Below are positions 1 through 11,591 of a DNA stretch of 56,768 nt, one piece after another. The number at the start of each line of letters is the position of its first letter. Positions within the stretch are counted from its first letter, which is position 1. A model generated the notes under the pieces. The model was not told the DNA's origin, made no database searches, and saw only the letters and a program-made list of their open reading frames with translations. The stretch is from Burkholderiales bacterium (GTDB taxonomy: Bacteria; Pseudomonadota; Gammaproteobacteria; Burkholderiales; SG8-41). The DNA is taken from NCBI GenBank assembly GCA_046715035.1, contig JBKJZR010000314.1:1-56768 (forward strand), in the 5' to 3' direction. The position numbers were made by a program, and so were the translations under genes.

Positions 1-1338
<1,338 letters not shown>

Positions 1339-1408
1339 CCCGTTGTCGGGAGCGCGGGGCAGGGTAACATTCAGCCTGGGCCCCCCCTTCCTAACGCCGC
1401 TGGGATTC

Positions 1409-1828
1409 ATGGCCAACACCATACATGTAGACGTCGTCAGCGCCGAAGAAGCCATCTTTTCGGGCGAGGCGGAATTTGTCGTGCTGCCCGGCGAGGCCGG
1501 CGAGCTCGGCATCTATCCGCGGCATACGCCGCTTATCACCCGCATCAAGCCCGGCTCGGTGCGCATCAAGGTAGCGGGCCAGGCTGAAGAGGAGCTGGTA
1601 TTCGTCGCGGGCGGCATTCTGGAGGTTCAGCCGGGAATGATCACAGTGCTTGCCGATACGGCGATCCGCGGCCATGACCTCGACGAGGCGAAAGCGCTGG
1701 AGGCCCAACAGCGGGCTCGTGAGGCTTTGGAAAACCGCGGCGGAAAGCTCGAGTACGCGCGGGCGCTCGCCGAGTTTGCTGAGGCGTCCGCGCAAATCGC
1801 GGCGATACGCAAGCTGCGTAAGCGGTAA
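1409..1828 (+). CDS. atpC: F0F1 ATP synthase epsilon subunit
   Basis: The internal ATG at 1409 gives [42 protein letters not shown]..., a typical epsilon N-terminus of 139 aa. The longer track ORF (from 1253) overlaps the atpD 3' end and is rejected. Confidence 0.9.
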   Translation: MANTIHVDVVSAEEAIFSGEAEFVVLPGEAGELGIYPRHTPLITRIKPGSVRIKVAGQAEEELVFVAGGILEVQPGMITVLADTAIRGHDLDEAKALEAQQRAREALENRGGKLEYARALAEFAEASAQIAAIRKLRKR

Positions 1829-1842
1829 GCGCGTGACTCCAA

Positions 1843-1865
1843 GGTCCCTGCCTGGCCAGGGATCC
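1843..1865 (+). terminator. Weak hairpin downstream of atpC (possible atp operon terminator)
   Basis: The sequence ggTCCCTG-cctggc-CAGGGAtcc forms a stem-loop 15 nt after the atpC stop. There is no clear U-tract, so this is a weak call. Confidence 0.3.
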
Positions 1866-1931
1866 GCATAACAAGAACAGCCACTCGTTCGGGCGTTCTC
1901 GCGTCTAACCGCATCTTTTGCCGGGGCCGCA

Positions 1932-3458
1932 ATGGCCGAACCGAAATCAAGCTGCGATCTGCTCGTGATCGGCGGCGGCATCAACGGCACGGGTATTGCG
2001 CGCGATGCTGCTGGCCGCGGACTCGATGTGTTGCTGGTCGAGAAGGACGATCTCGCTGCGGCCACATCGGCATGGAGCAGCAAGCTGATCCATGGCGGCC
2101 TGCGTTATCTCGAGCATTTCGAATTCCGGCTCGTAGCGGAAGCGCTGGCGGAACGCGAAGTTCTGCTGAAGATCGCGCCCCATCTGGTGGCGCCCCTCGA
2201 GTTCCTGATGCCGCACGTCCCCGAGCTGCGTCCACGCTGGATGATACGCGTCGGGTTGTTTCTCTATGATCATCTGGGCCGCCGCACCCGTCTGCCGGGA
2301 TCGCGCGCCGTCAGCCTGCGCACGCCGCCGTACAATTCCGGCCTCAGGACTGCCTTATCCAACGGCTTTATCTACTCCGATTGCCGCGTCGACGATGCCC
2401 GTCTCGTCCTTGCCAATGCGGTGAGCGCGAGCGAACTCGGTGCGGAGATTGCGACGCGGACCGAGTGTCTGACGGCCGGGCGTGCGAACGGGCGCTGGCA
2501 CGCGGTCCTGCGCGGTGGCAATGGCAGGGAACGAACCGTCGTGGCGCGCGCCATCGCGAATGCCGCAGGCCCATGGGTGAAAGAAGTGCTCAATGGGCGG
2601 TTGCACCAACCGAGCCGCGACAACGTCAAGCTCGTGCAGGGGAGCCACATCGTCGTGCCCCGCCTTTATCAGGGCGAGCACGCGTTCATATTGCAGAACG
2701 ACGACCGCCGCGTCGTTTTCATGATTCCATACGAGCAAAGCTATACGCTGATCGGCACGACGGATATCGCGCTCGACGCGAATCCCGGCGTGCCGCGAGT
2801 CAGCGACGGCGAGATCGAGTACCTGTGCCGGGCGGTGAACCGATATCTGGCGCGGCCCATTGCGTCGGATGACGTGACGTGGAGCTATGCGGGAATACGC
2901 CCGCTGTACGACGATGGCACCGCTGATCCTTCCGCAGTGACCCGCGACTACACGCTGCGCCTCGACGAGGACGGCGGCAAGGCGCCGGTGTTGTCGGTTT
3001 TTGGGGGTAAAATCACCACGTATCGCAGGCTGTCGGAACAGGCCGTCAACCTTCTCGCGCCATCGTTTCCGGGCGTCAGGAAAGCGTGGACCGCGGGTGC
3101 GTATTTACCCGGCGGCGCCCTGCCCGACGACACGCTGGAGCAGTTCACCGACGGTCGCTGTCTGCGCGATTTTCCATGGCTGCCTGCGCCGTTGCGGCGC
3201 GCTCTCGCAAAGCGGCATGGCGCGCACGTCTATCACGTCCTCGGGGGGACGAAATCGATGGCGGATCTTGGCGAGCACTTCGGCGCCGGACTCTATGCAC
3301 GGGAAGTCGATCACATGATCGACCGCGAGTGGGCCATGACCGGAGAGGATGTCCTTTTCCGCCGCACCAAAGCGGGCCTGCATCTTGCGGCGCAGCAACG
3401 GGCCGCGCTTGCGGAATACGTCTCACGTCGCGCTCAACACACTGACTTTATGAAATAA
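1932..3458 (+). CDS. glpD: FAD-dependent aerobic glycerol-3-phosphate dehydrogenase
   Basis: The N-terminus [71 protein letters not shown] is nearly identical in pattern to E. coli GlpD. Length is 508 aa. Confidence 0.9.
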   Translation: MAEPKSSCDLLVIGGGINGTGIARDAAGRGLDVLLVEKDDLAAATSAWSSKLIHGGLRYLEHFEFRLVAEALAEREVLLKIAPHLVAPLEFLMPHVPELRPRWMIRVGLFLYDHLGRRTRLPGSRAVSLRTPPYNSGLRTALSNGFIYSDCRVDDARLVLANAVSASELGAEIATRTECLTAGRANGRWHAVLRGGNGRERTVVARAIANAAGPWVKEVLNGRLHQPSRDNVKLVQGSHIVVPRLYQGEHAFILQNDDRRVVFMIPYEQSYTLIGTTDIALDANPGVPRVSDGEIEYLCRAVNRYLARPIASDDVTWSYAGIRPLYDDGTADPSAVTRDYTLRLDEDGGKAPVLSVFGGKITTYRRLSEQAVNLLAPSFPGVRKAWTAGAYLPGGALPDDTLEQFTDGRCLRDFPWLPAPLRRALAKRHGAHVYHVLGGTKSMADLGEHFGAGLYAREVDHMIDREWAMTGEDVLFRRTKAGLHLAAQQRAALAEYVSRRAQHTDFMK

Positions 3459-3465
3459 TTTCCCA

Positions 3466-4833
3466 ATGACGCTCAATGTAGTCATCCTCGCCGCAGGCCA
3501 GGGCAAACGGATGCGTTCGGCACGGCCTAAAGTGTTGCACCATCTGGCGGGCCGACCCTTGCTTGCGCACGTGATCGCCGCCGCGCGCGCGCTGAAGCCG
3601 TCGCGCATCTGCGTGGTGTACGGCCATGGCGGCGAGCAGGTCCCAGATGCGATGCGCGCTAGCGACTTGGTTTTTGCGCGCCAGGAGCCGCAGCTCGGCA
3701 CGGGCCATGCGCTCAAGCAGGCGCTTTCACAGCTGGCGGCTGGGCCGGACACCCTCGTCCTCTACGGCGACGTGCCGCTGACGAGCGCGGCAACGCTCAG
3801 CCGACTTGTCGCCGGCGGCGGCGAACGCCTGACGATATTGACGGCCGAGCTCGCCGATCCGCGCGGCTATGGGCGCATTGTGCGAAACGCTGCGGGCGCC
3901 ATTACCGCGATCGTCGAGGACAAGGACGCGAACGAAGCTCAGCGGCGGATCTGCGAGATCAACACCGGCATCATGCTGCTCCCGGGCGCGCGGCTCGGCG
4001 GCTGGCTCGCCCAGCTCTCGAACCGCAACGCACAGCAGGAATACTATCTGACCGACGTGGTGGCACTGGCGCTGCGCGACGCAGTAAGTGTGGATTCCTG
4101 CGCGCCCGACGACGGGAGTGAAATCCTCGGCGTCAACAGTCCCCTACAACTGGCGCAGCTCGAGCGCATTTTCCAGTCACGAGAGGCCGCAAAGCTGCTC
4201 GAGCAGGGTGTCACGCTCGCCGATCCGCAGCGTATCGATGTGCGCGGCGAACTCCGATGCGGCGCTGACGTGCGGATAGACGTAAACTGTGTGTTCGAAG
4301 GCCGGGTCGAGCTCGCCGATGGCGCTGAAGTCGGTGCGAACTGCGTGCTCAGGAACAGCGCGATCGGGCCCCGCACGCGCATTGAGCCGTTTTCGATGCT
4401 CGATGAAGCGACGGTAGGCAGCGGCTGCCGGGTGGGACCTTACGCACGGATCCGTCCTGGCACAAACCTTGCGGATGATGTGCACATCGGCAATTTTGTC
4501 GAAGTCAAAGCGTCGTCGATCGGTGTCGGTTCCAAAGCCAACCACCTGGCGTATGTCGGCGATTCAAGTGTCGGGCGCAACGTCAATATCGGTGCCGGCA
4601 CCATCACCTGCAATTACGACGGTGCCAACAAGCATCGCACCGTGATCGAGGATGACGTGCAGATCGGCTCGGACGTGCAGCTGGTGGCGCCGGTCACCAT
4701 AGGCGCCGGAGCGACGATAGGCGCCGGAGCGACGATCACCAAGAATGTGGCGCCGGGCGCGCTGACCCTGACCGAAAAGAAGCAAGTCGTTAAGGCGGGC
4801 TGGCAAAGACCCAAAAAACAGGAAAGGCTCTAG
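3466..4833 (+). CDS. glmU: Bifunctional UDP-N-acetylglucosamine pyrophosphorylase / glucosamine-1-phosphate N-acetyltransferase
   Basis: It has the LAAGQGKRM nucleotidyltransferase motif, C-terminal left-handed beta-helix hexapeptide repeats and a GWQRPKK tail. Length is 455 aa and it sits just upstream of glmS. Confidence 0.95.
   Translation: MTLNVVILAAGQGKRMRSARPKVLHHLAGRPLLAHVIAAARALKPSRICVVYGHGGEQVPDAMRASDLVFARQEPQLGTGHALKQALSQLAAGPDTLVLYGDVPLTSAATLSRLVAGGGERLTILTAELADPRGYGRIVRNAAGAITAIVEDKDANEAQRRICEINTGIMLLPGARLGGWLAQLSNRNAQQEYYLTDVVALALRDAVSVDSCAPDDGSEILGVNSPLQLAQLERIFQSREAAKLLEQGVTLADPQRIDVRGELRCGADVRIDVNCVFEGRVELADGAEVGANCVLRNSAIGPRTRIEPFSMLDEATVGSGCRVGPYARIRPGTNLADDVHIGNFVEVKASSIGVGSKANHLAYVGDSSVGRNVNIGAGTITCNYDGANKHRTVIEDDVQIGSDVQLVAPVTIGAGATIGAGATITKNVAPGALTLTEKKQVVKAGWQRPKKQERL
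4699..4734 (+). repeat. Perfect 18-bp tandem duplication (ataggcgccggagcgacg x2) inside the glmU hexapeptide-repeat region
   Basis: Read directly: 4699-4716 is identical to 4717-4734. It encodes [12 protein letters not shown]. Confidence 0.9.
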
Positions 4834-4912
4834 GCGTGAGACAGCCAACGATATATCTCGTAATGACATCGCAAGCGGACGATTCCCCGGCTTCTATGAC
4901 AGGCATACGGTC

Positions 4913-6739
4913 ATGTGTGGAATAGTCGGCGCCGTCGCCCAGCGCAACGTTGTACCGATCTTGCTCGAAGGGCTGAAGCGTCTCGAATATCGGGGCTACG
5001 ACTCGGCAGGCGTTGCGGTGATCAATGGCAGCCTGAAGCGGCTGCGCAGCGCAGGTCGCGTGGCGGAATTGTCAGCGCTTGCCGATCAACGCCAGTTGAA
5101 TGGGTATATAGGCATCGCGCATACGCGCTGGGCAACCCATGGCGTGCCATCAGAGCGCAACGCACATCCCCACGTCAGCCACGGCATCGCGGTCGTGCAC
5201 AACGGCATCATTGAGAATCACGACGCTATTCGGGGCCGTTTGCAGGCGGACGGCTACGTATTTACGTCGGACACCGATACGGAAGTCATCGCGCACCTCA
5301 TCCACGCCAAGCTCGATGCGGCGGGCGACCTGCTGGCAGCGGTGCGCGCTGCCGTGGGCGAACTGCAGGGCGCATATGCGATCGCGGTCGTCGCCGAACA
5401 CGAGCCGCAGCGACTCGTCGCCGCACGCATGGGCGCGCCGCTGCTGCTCGGCGTCGGTGAGGGCGAGAATTTTGCGGCTTCGGATGCCTCGGCACTGCTG
5501 CAGGTCACCGACCGCATGGTCTATCTCGAGGAAGGCGACGTCGTCGATATCCGGCTGGGCGGCTTCCAGATCTGCGATGCGTCGGGCTCGCGCGTTGAGC
5601 GCGCCATGCATACCAGCGAGCTCACCGCGGACGCGGTCGAGCTCGGGCCCTACCAGCATTTCATGCAGAAGGAAATCTTCGAGCAGCCGGGGGCGGTCGC
5701 GAACACGCTTGAAATGGTCATCAACGCGCAATCAATCTCGCCGCAGCTCTTTGGGGCAGGCGCCGAAACCATGCTGCGTGAAGCGGACAGCGTGCTGATA
5801 CTCGCCTGCGGCACCAGCTATCACGCTGGCGTCGTCGCCCGCTACTGGATCGAAGCCGTCGCGGGGCTGCCTTGCAATGTCGAGATCGCGAGTGAATACC
5901 GATATCGCGCATCGGTGCCCAATCCGCGCGCACTGGTGATCACGATCTCCCAGTCGGGCGAGACGGCGGACACCATCGCCGCGCTGAATTACGCAAAGAG
6001 CCTTGGCCACCGATCGTGTCTGTCGATCTGCAATGTCCCGGAAAGCGCGCTGGTGCGCGCATCGGATCTGCGGTTCCTCACGCGGGCGGGTCCGGAGATC
6101 GGCGTCGCGTCGACCAAAGCTTTTACGACACAGCTCGCCGCGCTGGTTTTGCTGACGTTGGTTCTCGCCAAGTTACGCGGTCGTCTCACGGTCGAGCGCG
6201 AGCGCGAGCTCATCCACGCGCTGCGTCACCTGCCGGCCGCGCTTTCGCATGTCCTGCAGGTAGAACCGTTAGTCAAGATCTGGGCGGATCGTTTTGCCAC
6301 GCGCGATCACGCGCTGTTCCTCGGCCGCGGCATTCACTATCCGATCGCCATGGAAGGCGCGCTCAAGCTCAAGGAGATTTCGTATATCCACGCCGAGGCG
6401 TATGCGGCGGGCGAACTAAAGCACGGTCCGCTCGCGCTGGTCGACAGCGACATGCCTGTAGTTGCCATCGCGCCGAACGATGCGCTGCTCGAAAAGCTCA
6501 AATCCAACATGCAGGAAGTGCGCGCACGTGGCGGAGAGCTCTACGTCTTGGCCGATCAGGACGCGCACCTGGAGGCAAGTGAGGGCGTGCACGTCATCAC
6601 GCTCACCGATCATGCCGGAATCTTAAGCCCGATTCTGCACACCATTCCGCTGCAGTTGCTCGCTTATCACACGGCGCTCGTGCGCGGCAACGATGTGGAC
6701 AAGCCGCGTAATCTCGCGAAATCGGTGACGGTCGAATGA
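4913..6739 (+). CDS. glmS: Glutamine--fructose-6-phosphate aminotransferase
   Basis: It has the MCGIVGAV Ntn-amidotransferase start, two SIS domains and a C-terminal ...NLAKSVTVE typical of GlmS. Length is 608 aa. Confidence 0.97.
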   Translation: MCGIVGAVAQRNVVPILLEGLKRLEYRGYDSAGVAVINGSLKRLRSAGRVAELSALADQRQLNGYIGIAHTRWATHGVPSERNAHPHVSHGIAVVHNGIIENHDAIRGRLQADGYVFTSDTDTEVIAHLIHAKLDAAGDLLAAVRAAVGELQGAYAIAVVAEHEPQRLVAARMGAPLLLGVGEGENFAASDASALLQVTDRMVYLEEGDVVDIRLGGFQICDASGSRVERAMHTSELTADAVELGPYQHFMQKEIFEQPGAVANTLEMVINAQSISPQLFGAGAETMLREADSVLILACGTSYHAGVVARYWIEAVAGLPCNVEIASEYRYRASVPNPRALVITISQSGETADTIAALNYAKSLGHRSCLSICNVPESALVRASDLRFLTRAGPEIGVASTKAFTTQLAALVLLTLVLAKLRGRLTVERERELIHALRHLPAALSHVLQVEPLVKIWADRFATRDHALFLGRGIHYPIAMEGALKLKEISYIHAEAYAAGELKHGPLALVDSDMPVVAIAPNDALLEKLKSNMQEVRARGGELYVLADQDAHLEASEGVHVITLTDHAGILSPILHTIPLQLLAYHTALVRGNDVDKPRNLAKSVTVE

Positions 6740-6790
6740 GGGCACAGCCGCGATCGACCGAGCCACCACCCGTAGGGACGAGCCGGTAAT

Positions 6791-7543
6791 TCAACGCCGC
6801 GGCTTGCGCGGCAAGCCCCCGAACCCTCTGTCGTACAGCCAGTTGGGCAGCACGCGCAATATGCGCGCGACGATTGCCATTTGCCACGGAATAACCGCAT
6901 AAGCGCGGCGCCGCGCGACAATGGCCGCGATCCTGTCAGCAGCTGCGTCGGCGCTTAGCATGAACGGCATGCGATACGGATTGCGCGCGGTCATCGCCGT
7001 GGCGATATAGCCGGGGCAAATGGTCAACACATTAACGCCGCTGCCGCGCAGTTCGACCCGCAGGCTCTCGAGATAAGCGATAGCCCCGGCCTTCGAAGCG
7101 CAATACGCACCGCTGCCCGGCAGTCCGCGATAGCCCGCCACGCTGGCAATGCCGACCAGCGTCCCCTGCCGCGCATTGCGCATAGCGCTTAGAAATGGTT
7201 GGAATGTCTTGACCATGCCCAGCACGTTGACATCGATCACGTCCTGGAATGCCTGGAGGTCTTCCGAAAATTCGGTCAGCGTGCCAACGCTCATTCCGGC
7301 GTTCGCGTAGACGATGTCGGGGCAGCCGTGACGCGCCATAAAATCGGCGGCCGCGCAGTGGAGCGCGCGTGCGTCGCGGACGTCGAGCGGATATAACAAT
7401 GCCTCTGAGGGTAGCTGCTGGCGCAGCTGCTGAAGCGCGTCGATGCGGCGAGCGATGAGCCCCAACATTGCGCCGTCGCGAGCGTGACGCCGCGCCAGCG
7501 CCGCGCCGAGGCCAGCGGACGCGCCCGTGACGACAACGCGCAG
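6791..7543 (-). CDS. Short-chain dehydrogenase/reductase (SDR) family oxidoreductase; start codon uncertain (possibly CTG at 7543)
   Basis: It has the SDR motifs NAG (YANAGMS) and the catalytic YCASK. The Rossmann motif TGASAGLG (7528-7505) lies upstream of the first ATG (7468), so the true start must lie between 7576 and about 7530. Confidence 0.8.
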   Translation of the reverse strand: MRVVVTGASAGLGAALARRHARDGAMLGLIARRIDALQQLRQQLPSEALLYPLDVRDARALHCAAADFMARHGCPDIVYANAGMSVGTLTEFSEDLQAFQDVIDVNVLGMVKTFQPFLSAMRNARQGTLVGIASVAGYRGLPGSGAYCASKAGAIAYLESLRVELRGSGVNVLTICPGYIATAMTARNPYRMPFMLSADAAADRIAAIVARRRAYAVIPWQMAIVARILRVLPNWLYDRGFGGLPRKPRR

Positions 7544-7576
7544 AACCCGCCCGCCGGTTGCGCCGATCGCGCGGCC

Positions 7577-8233
7577 CTATTTGCTGGTTTTCCCGAGCCG
7601 CTGCTGGCGGGCGAGACGCACGAGCCCATCGATCACCGGAATGATCTGCGGCACGCTCGGGGTCATGCTGGTCGAGGTCGAATACCTGCCATCCACGACG
7701 ATAGTAGGTGTTCCCTGGATGTCATAGTCCCTGGTCAGCTTGCGCGCGCGCTCTACCTTCTGCCGCGTCTGCTCGGAACGGTAGATGTCCATGAACTTGT
7801 CGCGGTCCAGCCCTTGCTTGGCCGCCCATTCCGCGATGACTTTTTCCTGGCTCATCGACAGGTCATCGACGTGGTAGCTCCGATACACGGCGCCATGCAG
7901 CCGATCCGCCTGCCCCAGCGCTTCCAGCGTGAAATACGTCTTGGCGAGAGGAATCCACGAATCGTGCCGCACGACGGGCATGCGGCGCAACACGACATCG
8001 GCTGGCTGGCGCTTCTGCCATGTGTCGAGGTGAGGCTGCAGCTCGCCGCAATAGGGGCAGGCGTAGAAGAAAAAATCGATGACTTCGATGCGGTCGCCCG
8101 TTTCGACCGGCTGTTGCGCGATGACCCGATAATCGACCTCGAGCTTGATGTCCTGCGCTTGCGCCGGCACCGCGGCGCAGGCCAGCACCAGCCAGAAAAG
8201 AAAGAAACGCCCGCTTGCCGGAAAGTTACGCAC
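7577..8233 (-). CDS. dsbA: Periplasmic thiol:disulfide interchange protein DsbA (copy 1, CPYC active site)
   Basis: It has a signal peptide (...AAVPAQAQ), the thioredoxin-fold motif FFFYACPYCGELQP, and GTPTIVVDGRY with the cis-Pro loop. Length is 218 aa. Confidence 0.9.
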   Translation of the reverse strand: MRNFPASGRFFLFWLVLACAAVPAQAQDIKLEVDYRVIAQQPVETGDRIEVIDFFFYACPYCGELQPHLDTWQKRQPADVVLRRMPVVRHDSWIPLAKTYFTLEALGQADRLHGAVYRSYHVDDLSMSQEKVIAEWAAKQGLDRDKFMDIYRSEQTRQKVERARKLTRDYDIQGTPTIVVDGRYSTSTSMTPSVPQIIPVIDGLVRLARQQRLGKTSK

Positions 8234-8237
8234 GAGG

Positions 8238-8903
8238 CTATTTGCCCGCGCGCTCTTTGCGCGCCAGGACTACCAACTGATCGAGCACCTGAAAGAAGCG
8301 GGTGTAGTTGACGCTGTTGTCACCGGCTGCCGTCATCGATGGTCCAGTCAGATACTTGCCATCGACGACGATGGCGGGCGTGCCTGGCACATCATAGCTG
8401 CGTGTCATGTCAGACGAGCGCTGCGCGCGGCCGTTGACGGAGAAAGAGTTGTAAGTGTCGAGAAACTTCTGCTTGTCGACACCCTTGGCGGCGAGCCAGT
8501 CGGCCATGACGCGCGGATCGTTCGCCAGGCCGCGTTGCCTCTCTTTGTGTATGGCGACAAAGATGTCGTCGTGAAACTTATCGGTGAGACCCATTGCGTC
8601 GAGGGCATAAAACGCGCGGGTAAGCGGCAACCAGGAAGGGTCGAACACCGCCGGAACGTAGCGAAATTCGACGTCGGCCGGCTTGCGCTTGAGCCACGCC
8701 TTGAGCGGCGCTTCCAGGTTGTAGCAGTGTATGCATCCATACCAGAAAAATTCGAGCACTTCGATTTTCTTGCCGCTGTCGGGCGCCTGTGGCGGATTGA
8801 TCAGCGTATAGTCGCGACCGGCAATCGGTTGCGCGCCCGCGACGCCCGTCAGCAACAAGCCAAGCAGCGACGCGACGTACAGCACTCGCTTCAAAAATAT
8901 CAT
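8238..8903 (-). CDS. dsbA: Periplasmic thiol:disulfide interchange protein DsbA paralogue (copy 2, CIHC active site)
   Basis: It has a signal peptide (...LTGVAGAQP), FFWYGCIHCYNLE and GTPAIVVDGKY. It is collinear with copy 1 and lies 4 nt upstream of it. Confidence 0.9.
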   Translation of the reverse strand: MIFLKRVLYVASLLGLLLTGVAGAQPIAGRDYTLINPPQAPDSGKKIEVLEFFWYGCIHCYNLEAPLKAWLKRKPADVEFRYVPAVFDPSWLPLTRAFYALDAMGLTDKFHDDIFVAIHKERQRGLANDPRVMADWLAAKGVDKQKFLDTYNSFSVNGRAQRSSDMTRSYDVPGTPAIVVDGKYLTGPSMTAAGDNSVNYTRFFQVLDQLVVLARKERAGK

Positions 8904-8915
8904 CTTATCTCCTGT

Positions 8916-9524
8916 TTATTTCGTGCCTGGGGTGTCGCGCACGCGAATTAGAGAGCTCTCTATGCCGTTTTGTTTCAGCGTGTCGCGAGCGCGGTTCAAT
9001 TCTTCGACGCCCCTGTAGGGACCGACCCGCACCCGATGCCATACGCCTTTATCCGGCAAGCTCGTGGTCTGTACCGATGCCTCCATGCCGAGAAGGGCAA
9101 GCCGTGCCTTGAGATTGTCGGCATCCGGCGCACTGTGAAAGGCACCGGCCTGCAGGAAAAACGTTTCGCCATCCCTGGCGGTTGACTCCTTCCGCGGCGT
9201 CTCCTTGAGCGGCTGATCGCTGACCGCTTCCTCTGAGCCCGGCAATATCTTGTAAAAGTCGAAGCGCGGCTTGGCCTCCGTCTTGCCGGTTTTCTCCTCG
9301 GCCTTGGCGGGAAGCGGGGGGCCGTTCTTCTCGGGGCCCGCTTTCACCGGCGCCGCCCGGTTAAGGAACGGCGTCGGCATCTTGTTGATATACCATGCTA
9401 CGCCCAGCGCGAGGCCCAGACCGAGCAGCAGACCGATGAGGATTCCGATCAGCAGCGAGCCGGTGCCGCTCTTGTGACGGCCACCTTTGCGGGCAGGCGG
9501 TTTGTAGTCCTTACTCATGCTCAA
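8916..9524 (-). CDS. SPOR domain-containing membrane protein (septal peptidoglycan binding)
   Basis: It has an N-terminal TM helix (LLIGILIGLLLGLGLALGVAWYI), a low-complexity linker and a C-terminal SPOR-like segment FLQAGAFHSAPDADNLKARLALLGMEASV...WHRVRVGPY. The argS-SPOR-dsbA order is conserved. Confidence 0.8.
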   Translation of the reverse strand: MSMSKDYKPPARKGGRHKSGTGSLLIGILIGLLLGLGLALGVAWYINKMPTPFLNRAAPVKAGPEKNGPPLPAKAEEKTGKTEAKPRFDFYKILPGSEEAVSDQPLKETPRKESTARDGETFFLQAGAFHSAPDADNLKARLALLGMEASVQTTSLPDKGVWHRVRVGPYRGVEELNRARDTLKQNGIESSLIRVRDTPGTK

Positions 9525-9527
9525 ATC

Positions 9528-11279
9528 TTACATTTTTTCCGGAGCCGACACACCCAACAGGCGCAGCCCATTGCCCAATACCTGCCGCACGGCAACAGCG
9601 AGTGCGAGGCGCGCGAGCTTGAGCGGTTCCTCGTTGACGAGCAGCCGCGTCGAATTGTAGTAACTGTGAAATTCGGCCGCGAGATCCTTCAGGTAAAACG
9701 CGATCTGGTGCGGCGCCAGCTCGCGCGCCGCGGTGGCCACCGCCATGGGATACTCCAGCAGGCGGGATAACAGCACGTTTTCCTGATCGGCCACGAGCGG
9801 TGTAGGGTCAGCCTGCGCGAGCGCAGCGACTTCACCGTCCCACAGTTCGAGCACGCTGCACACGCGCGCATGCGCGTACTGAACGTAGTAAACCGGATTG
9901 TCGTTGCTCTGCGACTTGGCGAGATCGAGATCGAAATCGAGGTGCTGGTCGCTTTTGCGCAGCACGTAGAAGAACCGCGCCGCATCGTTGCCTACTTCCC
10001 GGCGCAGCTCGCGCAGCGTCACGAATTCGCCCGCGCGCGTCGACATCGACATCTTGCGGCCGTCACGATAGAGCACGGCGAACTGCACCAGCGCCACGAT
10101 CAGGCGCTCGGGCGCGATGTCCAATGCCTGAAGCGCGCCCCTGACGCGCGGAATATAGCCGTGATGATCAGCGCCCCACACGTCGATCAGCAACTCGAAG
10201 CCACGCTCGATCTTATGCAAGTGATAGGCGATATCGGACGCGAAATAGGTGTACTGGCCGTTCTCGCGACGTACAACCCGGTCCTTCTCGTCACCAAATG
10301 CGGTCGAGCGAAACCATTGCGCGCCGTCGGCAGCGTAGAGGTAGCCGCCCGCGGCGAGACGCTCTACCGCGCGCGCGACGAGACCTGAGGCGTAAAGCGA
10401 CTCCTCCGAATACCAGCAATCGAACTCTACGCCGAACTCCGCAAGGTCCTGCCGGCAGTCTGCCAGCTGCAGATCGAGTGCGAAATCGTGGATGACCGCG
10501 TAGTCGTCCTGGAGCGCTTTCTTGGCAGTTCCGATAAGCTCGTCGAGACGCGCTTCGACATCCCCGGCGTCACGGCCGGCCGCATTGAGCGCCGCGGGGT
10601 CGCGCCGATAGCGATCTCCGTCGCGCGCCCGCAGCGACTGCGCCATCGCCCGCACGTAATCTCCCTGATACGCATTGGCAGGGAATGCGACGCTCGTGCC
10701 GAGCAACTCCAGATACCGCAGCCAGGTCGAAAGCGCGAGAATATCCATCTGCCGGCCGGCATCGTTGACGTAATATTCGCGCGCGACCTTATAGCCAGCT
10801 GCAGTGAGTACGTTCGCAAGGCTCGCACCAAAAGCCGCGCCGCGCCCGTGGCCGACGTGCAGCGGACCCGTGGGATTCGCCGACACGAATTCGACCTGCA
10901 CGTTGCGGCGTTCGCCGAATTCGCTGCATCCATAACGCATTCCCTGCTCGAGGACGTGATTCACCACGGCCCGTTTGATTGCGGGCTTGAGGAAAATATT
11001 GATGAACCCGGCCCCGGCGATTTCCGCTTTTTCGACGTACGGAGACGACGGCAGCGCGGCGGCCAACGCCACCGCTATGTCGCGGGGGTTGCGCCGCAGT
11101 GACTTCGCGAATTGCAGCGCAACGTTGCTGGCGAAATCACCATGCGCGATTTTCTTCGGCCGCTCGAGCGCGATCGCGGGCTCGGTGCTTCCCGGAGCGA
11201 CCTGCGCAATGGCCTCGCGCAGGAGGTTCGCGATATGGAACTGCAACCCCAGGTAGCCGCTCCTTAGCTCCACCGGCAT
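9528..11279 (-). CDS. argS: Arginine--tRNA ligase
   Basis: It has the class I motifs SANPTGPLHVGHGR (HIGH) and MSTR (KMSKS-like). Length is 583 aa, with a typical ArgS C-terminal anticodon-binding domain ending ...APEKM. Confidence 0.97.
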   Translation of the reverse strand: MPVELRSGYLGLQFHIANLLREAIAQVAPGSTEPAIALERPKKIAHGDFASNVALQFAKSLRRNPRDIAVALAAALPSSPYVEKAEIAGAGFINIFLKPAIKRAVVNHVLEQGMRYGCSEFGERRNVQVEFVSANPTGPLHVGHGRGAAFGASLANVLTAAGYKVAREYYVNDAGRQMDILALSTWLRYLELLGTSVAFPANAYQGDYVRAMAQSLRARDGDRYRRDPAALNAAGRDAGDVEARLDELIGTAKKALQDDYAVIHDFALDLQLADCRQDLAEFGVEFDCWYSEESLYASGLVARAVERLAAGGYLYAADGAQWFRSTAFGDEKDRVVRRENGQYTYFASDIAYHLHKIERGFELLIDVWGADHHGYIPRVRGALQALDIAPERLIVALVQFAVLYRDGRKMSMSTRAGEFVTLRELRREVGNDAARFFYVLRKSDQHLDFDLDLAKSQSNDNPVYYVQYAHARVCSVLELWDGEVAALAQADPTPLVADQENVLLSRLLEYPMAVATAARELAPHQIAFYLKDLAAEFHSYYNSTRLLVNEEPLKLARLALAVAVRQVLGNGLRLLGVSAPEKM

Positions 11280-11591
11280 CGCGGATCAAGACAAAAAAGT
11301 CGCGTTGACCGGGACACGGCAAGGCGCCCACGATACGCGGAGGCTGCGGTCGGGATCGCGGCAAACGCATCGGGCCCGGACCGCCAGGGGCATGTGTAAA
11401 TCAGCATAGAAGGTTCCCGAAAGGCGGAAGCTCCGAGCAGGGTGCTCTCCCGGGTGTCGCGCAATCGGGTAGCGCGTCCGGGAAAGGAGCTCTGCGCAGG
11501 CTCGCCGGCGCAGCGGCGGTAAAATTGTTGGCCGTTTCAAAAACTGTGTATTTTAGCACCGCGCGGGCGCGCGCCTGAGTCCCGAGCCGGC

